From positions 1,095,050 through 1,150,780 of the forward strand of contig NC_057754.1 of NCBI RefSeq assembly GCF_004010195.1: a stretch of 55,731 bases of DNA, given 5' to 3'. The notes under the pieces are model-generated. The model had not been told where the DNA came from. It saw nothing but the letters and a program-made list of their open reading frames with translations, and did not search any database. Positions 47,370 to 55,731 of this stretch are shown in pieces (the first letter of the stretch is position 1; every line of letters starts with the position of its first letter). Made by a program: the position numbers and the translations under genes. The stretch is from Chiloscyllium plagiosum. Lineage: Eukaryota.

Positions 47370-48039
47370 TCAACTCTCAACGTTTCTCTTTAAAAACCTT
47401 CGAGGGAACAATTTACAAAACAGAAAGGTTAATATTCACAAACTTCAATATTCTATTTACAAGAGTACTCCAGCCTCGTGGGCTTCACCTCAAATTGCTG
47501 GCAGTTGTAGGTTAGTCCATCTTCACGTGGGGAGCTACTGGAGTCAAATGGGAAATCAGCAAGAGACCGAAAGTGAGAACGTGAGACTGAGAGAAAGAGA
47601 GAGCATGAGACAGAGAATCAGAGAGAAGGATAAAAAGAACAAAAAGAGAGAGAGAGAATGAGAAAGAAATGGAGACAGGGCGAAACAAAGAGAAAGAGGA
47701 AATGGTGGGGTTAACAGCACGGGTCAGAGACTGAAAGACAGGGGAGAGAGAGAGAGAAAGAATGTGAGATAGAGAGAGAAAACACAGAGGCACTGCATAT
47801 CCCAAGGAGCAGAGAATAACGTTTGGCACAGCAAGATCCCATTGTCCCTGACACCTTCAGGATCATATGGGCTAGTCGTTGATAATCTGAGAATGCAGCA
47901 TATTTTAAAATTACAGCTCGCAACACAACAGGAATGTGCAGAGAACTGTCCCATATCACTGCTGTGGGCTAAGTCACCTGCAACAGCTCAATATCATTGT
48001 CTTCAGGAGATCACTGCTCTGAACATGCCAGCTGATCAG

Positions 48040-51000
48040 GGTTTGGGTACGGTCAGGTGATCGGGGGGTTGGGTACGGTCAGGTGATCGCGGGTGATCGG
48101 GTGTTCGGGGACCGTGTGTGTCGGGTGATCGGGGGGTGGGGATGGTGTGTGTCGGGTGATCGGGTGTTCGGGGACCGTGTGTGTCGGGTGATCGGGGGGT
48201 GGGGACGGTGTGTGTCGGGTGATCGGGTGTTCGGGGACGGTGTGTGTCGGGTGATCGGGTGATCGGGTGTTCGGGGACGGTGTGTGTCGGGTGATCGGGT
48301 GTTCGGGGACCGTGTGTGTCGGGTGATCGGGGGGTGGGGATGGTGTGTGTCGGGTGATCGGGTGTTCGGGGACCGTGTGTGTCGGGTGATCGGGGGGTGG
48401 GGATGGTGTGTGTCGGGTGATCGGGTGTTCGGGGACCGTGTGTGTCGGGTGATCGGGGGGTGGGGATGGTGTGTGTCGGGTGATCGGGTGTTCGGGGACC
48501 GTGTGTGTCGGGTGATCGGGGGGTGGGGACGGTGTGTGTCGGGTGATCGGGTGTTCGGGGACGGTGTGTGTCGGGTGATCGGGTGATCGGGTGTTCGGGG
48601 ACGGTGTGTGTCGGGTGATCGGGTGTTCGGGGACCGTGTGTGTCGGGTGATCGGGGGGTGGGGATGGTGTGTGTCGGGTGATCGGGTGTTCGGGGACCGT
48701 GTGTGTCGGGTGATCGGGGGGTGGGGATGGTGTGTGTCGGGTGATCGGGTGTTCGGGGACCGTGTGTGTCGGGTGATCGGGGGGTGGGGATGGTGTGTGT
48801 CGGGTGATCGGGTGTTCGGGGACCGTGTGTGTCGGGTGATCGGGGGGTGGGGACGGTGTGTGTCGGGTGATCGGGTGTTCGGGGACGGTGTGTGTCGGGT
48901 GATCGGGTGATCGGGTGTTCGGGGACGGTGTGTGTCGGGTGATCGGGTGTTCGGGGACCGTGTGTGTCGGGTGATCGGGGGGTGGGGATGGTGTGTGTCG
49001 GGTGATCGGGTGTTCGGGGACCGTGTGTGTCGGGTGATCGGGGGGTGGGGATGGTGTGTGTCGGGTGATCGGGTGTTCGGGGACCGTGTGTGTCGGGTGA
49101 TCGGGGGGTGGGGATGGTGTGTGTCGGGTGATCGGGTGTTCGGGGACCGTGTGTGTCGGGTGATCGGGGGGTGGGGACGGTGTGTGTCGGGTGATCGGGT
49201 GTTCGGGGACGGTGTGTGTCGGGTGATCGGGTGATCGGGTGTTCGGGGACGGTGTGTGTCGGGTGATCGGGTGTTCGGGGACCGTGTGTGTCGGGTGATC
49301 GGGGGGTGGGGATGGTGTGTGTCGGGTGATCGGGTGTTCGGGGACCGTGTGTGTCGGGTGATCGGGGGGTGGGGATGGTGTGTGTCGGGTGATCGGGTGT
49401 TCGGGGACCGTGTGTGTCGGGTGATCGGGGGGTGGGGATGGTGTGTGTCGGGTGATCGGGTGTTCGGGGACCGTGTGTGTCGGGTGATCGGGGGGTGGGG
49501 ACGGTGTGTGTCGGGTGATCGGGTGTTCGGGGACGGTGTGTGTCGGGTGATCGGGTGATCGGGTGTTCGGGGACGGTGTGTGTCGGGTGATCGGGTGTTC
49601 GGGGACCGTGTGTGTCGGGTGATCGGGGGGTGGGGATGGTGTGTGTCGGGTGATCGGGTGTTCGGGGACCGTGTGTGTCGGGTGATCGGGGGGTGGGGAT
49701 GGTGTGTGTCGGGTGATCGGGTGTTCGGGGACCGTGTGTGTCGGGTGATCGGGGGGTGGGGATGGTGTGTGTCGGGTGATCGGGTGTTCGGGGACCGTGT
49801 GTGTCGGGTGATCGGGGGGTGGGGACGGTGTGTGTCGGGTGATCGGGTGTTCGGGGACGGTGTGTGTCGGGTGATCGGGTGATCGGGTGTTCGGGGACGG
49901 TGTGTGTCGGGTGATCGGGTGTTCGGGGACCGTGTGTGTCGGGTGATCGGGGGGTGGGGATGGTGTGTGTCGGGTGATCGGGTGTTCGGGGACCGTGTGT
50001 GTCGGGTGATCGGGGGGTGGGGATGGTGTGTGTCGGGTGATCGGGTGTTCGGGGACCGTGTGTGTCGGGTGATCGGGGGGTGGGGATGGTGTGTGTCGGG
50101 TGATCGGGTGTTCGGGGACCGTGTGTGTCGGGTGATCGGGGGGTGGGGACGGTGTGTGTCGGGTGATCGGGTGTTCGGGGACGGTGTGTGTCGGGTGATC
50201 GGGTGATCGGGTGTTCGGGGACGGTGTGTGTCGGGTGATCGGGTGTTCGGGGACCGTGTGTGTCGGGTGATCGGGGGGTGGGGATGGTGTGTGTCGGGTG
50301 ATCGGGTGTTCGGGGACCGTGTGTGTCGGGTGATCGGGGGGTGGGGATGGTGTGTGTCGGGTGATCGGGTGTTCGGGGACCGTGTGTGTCGGGTGATCGG
50401 GGGGTGGGGATGGTGTGTGTCGGGTGATCGGGTGTTCGGGGACCGTGTGTGTCGGGTGATCGGGGGGTGGGGACGGTGTGTGTCGGGTGATCGGGTGTTC
50501 GGGGACGGTGTGTGTCGGGTGATCGGGTGATCGGGTGTTCGGGGACGGTGTGTGTCGGGTGATCGGGTGTTCGGGGACCGTGTGTGTCGGGTGATCGGGG
50601 GGTGGGGATGGTGTGTGTCGGGTGATCGGGTGTTCGGGGACCGTGTGTGTCGGGTGATCGGGGGGTGGGGATGGTGTGTGTCGGGTGATCGGGTGTTCGG
50701 GGACCGTGTGTGTCGGGTGATCGGGGGGTGGGGATGGTGTGTGTCGGGTGATCGGGTGTTCGGGGACCGTGTGTGTCGGGTGATCGGGGGGTGGGGACGG
50801 TGTGTGTCGGGTGATCGGGTGTTCGGGGACGGTGTGTGTCGGGTGATCGGGTGATCGGGTGTTCGGGGACGGTGTGTGTCGGGTGATCGGGTGTTCGGGG
50901 ACCGTGTGTGTCGGGTGATCGGGGGGTGGGGATGGTGTGTGTCGGGTGATCGGGTGTTCGGGGACCGTGTGTGTCGGGTGATCGGGGGGTGGGGATGGTG

Positions 51001-51971
51001 TGTGTCGGGTGATCGGGTGTTCGGGGACCGTGTGTGTCGGGTGATCGGGGGGTGGGGATGGTGTGTGTCGGGTGATCGGGTGTTCGGGGACCGTGTGTGT
51101 CGGGTGATCGGGGGGTGGGGACGGTGTGTGTCGGGTGATCGGGTGTTCGGGGACGGTGTGTGTCGGGTGATCGGGTGATCGGGTGTTCGGGGACGGTGTG
51201 TGTCGGGTGATCGGGTGTTCGGGGACCGTGTGTGTCGGGTGATCGGGGGGTGGGGATGGTGTGTGTCGGGTGATCGGGTGTTCGGGGACCGTGTGTGTCG
51301 GGTGATCGGGGGGTGGGGATGGTGTGTGTCGGGTGATCGGGTGTTCGGGGACCGTGTGTGTCGGGTGATCGGGGGGTGGGGATGGTGTGTGTCGGGTGAT
51401 CGGGTGTTCGGGGACCGTGTGTGTCGGGTGATCGGGGGGTGGGGATGGTGTGTGTCGGGTGATCGGGTGTTCGGGGACGGTGTGTGTCGGGTGATCGGGT
51501 GATCGGGTGTTCGGGGACGGTGTGTGTCGGGTGATCGGGTGTTCGGGGACCGTGTGTGTCGGGTGATCGGGGGGTGGGGATGGTGTGTGTCGGGTGATCG
51601 GGTGTTCGGGGACCGTGTGTGTCGGGTGATCGGGGGGTGGGGATGGTGTGTGTCGGGTGATCGGGTGTTCGGGGACCGTGTGTGTCGGGTGATCGGGGGG
51701 TGGGGATGGTGTGTGTCGGGTGATCGGGTGTTCGGGGACCGTGTGTGTCGGGTGATCGGGGGGTGGGGATGGTGTGTGTCGGGTGATCGGGTGTTCGGGG
51801 ACGGTGTGTGTCGGGTGATCGGGTGATCGGGTGTTCGGGGACGGTGTGTGTCGGGTGATCGGGTGATCGGGTGTTCGGGGACGGTGTGTGTCGGGTGATC
51901 GGGTGTTCGGGGACGGTGTGTGTCGGGTGATCGGGTGATCGGGTGTTCGGGGACGGTGTGTGTCGGGTGAT
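48040..51971. repeat. ~3.9-kb satellite with 31/32-bp monomers and a 324-bp higher-order repeat
   Basis: Monomers GGGTGATCGGGTGTTCGGGGACCGTGTGTGTC (32) and GGGTGATCGGGGGGTGGGGATGGTGTGTGTC (31). Near-identical ORFs recur every 324 nt, 11 times. Confidence 0.97.
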
Positions 51972-52062
51972 CCCGTTGGTGATGTGTCAGTGAATGGTCC
52001 TCTCTGTGGAATCCCGCAGCCCCTGCCCTGTGCGATGGCGAATGGCGATGGCAGAGCCCGGA

Positions 52063-54943
52063 TCAGATCTGAAAGCGACCACACAAGTGGCCGAGTTGCT
52101 CGATGTTCTTGTGGAGGATGCTGTGCAGGACGTCCAGGTACTTGCTGGTGTCACCGTCCCGCGTGAAGTCCCGGTAAAACTGGCCTTGCTCGGGGTCAAA
52201 GGTGAACTTCTGGGGCAGGGGGCCATTGTCCTTCATGTAATCCCAGACGGTGAGCAGCAGGAGGTGCACCTCGAAGGGGGTGAGGAGGTGGAAGATCTCG
52301 TGCATGTTACTCAGCACGGGTGGCAGGAGCTGCCCCTCGCCCATACAGGATACCAGCCAGCAGGAAGCCTGGAGCTGCCACCGGGTGCTGGTGGTCAGGC
52401 TGTCCCGGGAAGCCTCCCAGTGGGCCATCAGGGTGGCCAGAAGACCCCGGAGCAGCACCGAGCAGTAACAGAGAGCTGGCCTCCCCAGGGCCACCAGCTG
52501 CAGCAGGGGGAAGAACAGCGGGTTCCCCTCAAAGTGGTTGCGGATTTGCAGATCCCGTTCTACAGTGTTGCGGGCATGGTCCTCAGTGGGCCAGGCCAGC
52601 TCGCTGTTAGTGACATCTGGGCACAGCTCCTCTACCAGGGCCATGGCCACAGCCTTGGCAGCCTCTGGGTTAATGGGGGGCACGGCCAGACCACCCTCAG
52701 GCTGTGCTAGGGGTCTCCTCCATTGGCTGCCACACCTCACCAACAGGCTCAGCAGCTGGTATAGGTTTTCAGAGGCTTCCAGAGGCCCTGGGGAGGAGGG
52801 CGAAGGGGAGACTAAGGAGGCTGAGGGTTTCAGACCACGCCCGATGATGCCAGCATGGAAGACGGCCCAAACGCTGCCCCCGAAGTTGACGGCAGTGCCA
52901 AAGCGGCGGTTCACGTCCAGCAGGGAGTCTCCGGGAGCAGGGGCCAGGGGCTCCTGGGGCCTGGGGCTTCCCCAGGGGGTCCCGCCGAACAGGCCAGGTT
53001 CCTGGGTGGCAGAGCGGACCAGCTGCTGCAGGACGACCCGCAGGGCGCTGGGAGAGACTGAGCTGAGCCGGCCCAGCAACCGGGAGCTGTCCTGGGCTGA
53101 GCCATGCCGGCCGTGCCTCAGGGCCCTCAGGAAGTGACAGACTCCGGCCTGGGCTAGGCCCGAGAGCAGGGCGGGGCCCGGGGAAGGGGGAAGGGGCACC
53201 GCCGAGAGCAGAGCGGCGGCCACCTCAGAGAGCCGAGCCTCTGGGCGCCTCAGCAGCTGGCCCAGGTCCCTCACATGGGAGGACAGGGCCTCAGCTAGGC
53301 CCCGACCTATGGCGGAGGGGGAGGGGAGAGCGGACCCTTCCTCCTCACTCAGCTCGCCGTCCTCCCCTTCAGCTTCCCTCTCCTCCCCGTCCCGCTGCAG
53401 CAGCAGGGCCAGGTTAGTCAGGAGCTGGGCGGCCTGGGTCTCAGGCAGGCTGGAGGAGTGCAGCCCGTCCACGCAGCGCCTGACAGTGGCCTGCAGCAGC
53501 CCTGGCACCGAGGCTGAGAGCTGGTCGTGCAGCCTGATGGCCAAGGTCAGCTCCTCGGGGCTCCGTGCCAGCACCAGGAGGTGGCCCAGAGCCTCAGTGG
53601 CACAGCTCTGCCCGCTGTAGACGCAGAGCAAGGCCAGCAGCTGGTGTTGCCAGAGATGCCTCTTCCGCTCCAGCCTCAGGGTCTCCTGGCACAGGTCCCT
53701 GACCCGGGACTTCAGCTCCTCAAAGAAGGGGACGGTGCGAGGGGTCTGGCTCTCCCCAGGGCCTCCCAGGGGACGGTTATAGACCAGCTTCTGCAGGTTG
53801 AGGAGGAGCAGCTGGATGATACGGTGACAGGCCTCCCGGACCCCATCCCTGACCACCAGGCCTGGCGTGGTGATGACCGAGGCCGGCATGGCGGTGTTGA
53901 CCAGGAACTGGAGGATGTGGTAGGCCCCGGGCCCGGCCTGGCAGATCAGGTGCACCACCAGCCCCAGCAGGTTATCGGCATCGTCCCGGCTCAGCCCGGC
54001 AAACTGCTGCTGGAGCTGCTCCAACACCGGAGGGGTCAGAGAGTCCACCAGCTCACCGGAGACCGTGCCCAGCAGCGCCGGGGACATGGCAGCCAGCTGC
54101 AGCAGGAAGGGAACCGTGGCGTTGTGCTGGGGCTCCCGGCTAGGCCTCAGGCTCTCCTGGAACATCAGCAGCAGCTCCTGCCTAATGCTGTCCGAGTGAC
54201 GAGTGGCCAGGTGGCCCAGAATGCCCACGACCGACGCCATCTTGGGCACCCGCTTGTCTGCCAGTGATGGGAAGAGGGGGTCCATCACAGAGGAGGCTCC
54301 GTGCATACAGAAATCCTTCAGGCCACAGGACAGCACCCGGCTGATGATGGTGTTGGGGAAGGAGGAGCCGATGTGAGCCACCACCCAGTCAAAGTGTGGT
54401 GAGTGCTGCACCGAAGTGTCCAGGAGGGCGTCCACGCAGGCGTCTGGGCAGCTGCTGATCATAGAGGACAGGCACTGCACATAGATCTCCATCAGCACCC
54501 GGGTGGCCTTGCATGACATCCAGAGATGGAGCAGCTCGTTCAGGCTGCTGGTGTGTGGCACCTGGTGCCAGCTGGAATATTTACTGCTGAGCTGCCCCAT
54601 CAGCTCGATGGACCAGGCCGAGACCAGCGGAGCCCAGGCCTTGGGGTTGGACTGCACAAACTCAGACAGCACGCCCTGAATCTCCTGGGTGACGTCGTCC
54701 AGGCCCGGCTGAGACATTCCTGGGGGTCCGCCCGCCCCTTCCCGGTTCAGCTCCAGGATGTAGCCGCTCACGTACTCGTCGAAGACCCCCCGCAGGTGCT
54801 CGAGGACTGCGGCCCGGGCTGGGGGCAGGTTCCGGAGCAGCAAGATCCCGCAGCGGGCGTGCTCCTTCACCGACAGCTTGTGACCGTGTACCTGGTCAAT
54901 GCCGCTGATAAACGCCTTCATCTCCTGCAGCAGCTCCTGCGAA
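52063..54943 (-). CDS. INTS5: Integrator complex subunit 5, large coding exon (short first exon not seen in window)
   Basis: Acceptor ttcggttgcag|TTCGCAGGAG, then an uninterrupted frame to TGA at 52065-52063. Motifs [45 protein letters not shown] and TVERDLQI match INTS5 as recalled. Confidence 0.95.
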
Positions 54944-55169
54944 CTGCAACCGAACGGGGAAATCAGTACCAGGCCATTCAGCCCATCACATACCATGCCT
55001 GCCCTCCGAGAGATCTCTCCGAGTCATCCCCCCAACACCACACCTCACCGCAGCTTCCTCCTCCTCCAGTTTCTCTCCCTCCCTTTTCACAACAACTCAC
55101 TTCCACAAACAAAACATTCTCCTCAACCTTCCCCACCCCCAGCCACGCCTCCCACTGCCTCTTTTCTGC

Positions 55170-55731
55170 ACTGTCGGGGGGTCGCTCTGTCGGGGGGCCG
55201 CACTGTCAGGGGGGGCCGCACTGTCGGAGGGTCAGTGCTGAGGGAGTGGGCACTCTCGGAGGGTCAGTGCTGAGGGAGCGGGTACTGTCAGAGGGTCAGT
55301 GCTGAGGGAGTGGGCACTCTCGGAGGGTCAGTGCTGAAGGAGCGCCGCAACGTCGGAGGGTCAGTGCTGAGGGAGTGGGCACTGTCGGAGGGTCAGCGCT
55401 GAGGGAGTGGGCACAGTCAGAGGGTCAGCGCTGAGGAAGCGGGCACTGTCGGAGGGACAGTGCTGAGGGAGCGGGCACTGTCGGAGGGACAGTGCTGAGG
55501 GAGTGGGCACTGTCGGAGGGACAGTGCTGAGGGAGCGGGCACTGTCGGAGGGACAGTGCTGAGGGAGTGGGCACTGTCGGAGGGTCAGTGCTGAGGGAGT
55601 GGGCACTGTCGGAGGGTCAGTGCTGAGGGAGTGGGCACTGTCGGAGGGTCAGCGCTGAGGGAGTGGGCACAGTCAGAGGGTCAGCGCTGAGGAAGCGGGC
55701 ACTGTCGGAGGGTCAGTGCTGAGGGAGTGGG
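55170..55731. repeat. 32-bp minisatellite in the INTS5 intron, running off the window end
   Basis: Unit GGGCACTGTCGGAGGGTCAGTGCTGAGGGAGT with variants. Confidence 0.95.

Noticed and set aside
48040..51971. CRISPR-like repeat array
   Set aside because: There are no unique spacers and no cas genes, and the context is eukaryotic.
48053..52084. 1343 aa mucin-like ORF overlapping the INTS5 stop
   Set aside because: It is a satellite translation with a non-ATG start in a different frame from INTS5. No frameshift signal was seen.
54944..54996. ATG at 54996 as the INTS5 start
   Set aside because: The added residues do not resemble INTS5, and a good acceptor lies at 54944-54945. The true first exon is probably beyond the window.
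51994..55305. Several + strand ORFs of 200-260 aa
   Set aside because: These are antisense shadows of the GC-rich INTS5 coding exon.

Overview
Vertebrate genomic DNA. The repeat families suggest a cartilaginous fish such as a shark (inference). The window is five contigs separated by four N gaps (500, 500, 515 and 786 N). Parts of three genes are present. (1) KAT5/Tip60: three internal exons on +, 974-4038. (2) GANAB (ER glucosidase II alpha, GH31): promoter and exons 1-6 on the - strand (44967 to 30756), but exons 7-16 on the + strand (10326-24638) inside a contig bounded by two 500-N gaps, most likely a mis-oriented scaffolding join. (3) INTS5: the large coding exon on -, 52063-54943. Introns and intergenic DNA contain CR1-, L2- and Rex-like LINE fragments, tRNA-derived SINEs and several very homogeneous minisatellites, including a 324-bp higher-order array that probably lies in the INTS5 3'UTR. 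The most notable non-genic signal is a set of short Penelope-type elements carrying minimal hammerhead ribozyme cores: four are intact-looking and several are decayed, one has a 16-bp target-site duplication, and several form palindromes. All family assignments come from recalled sequence similarity, not database searches.
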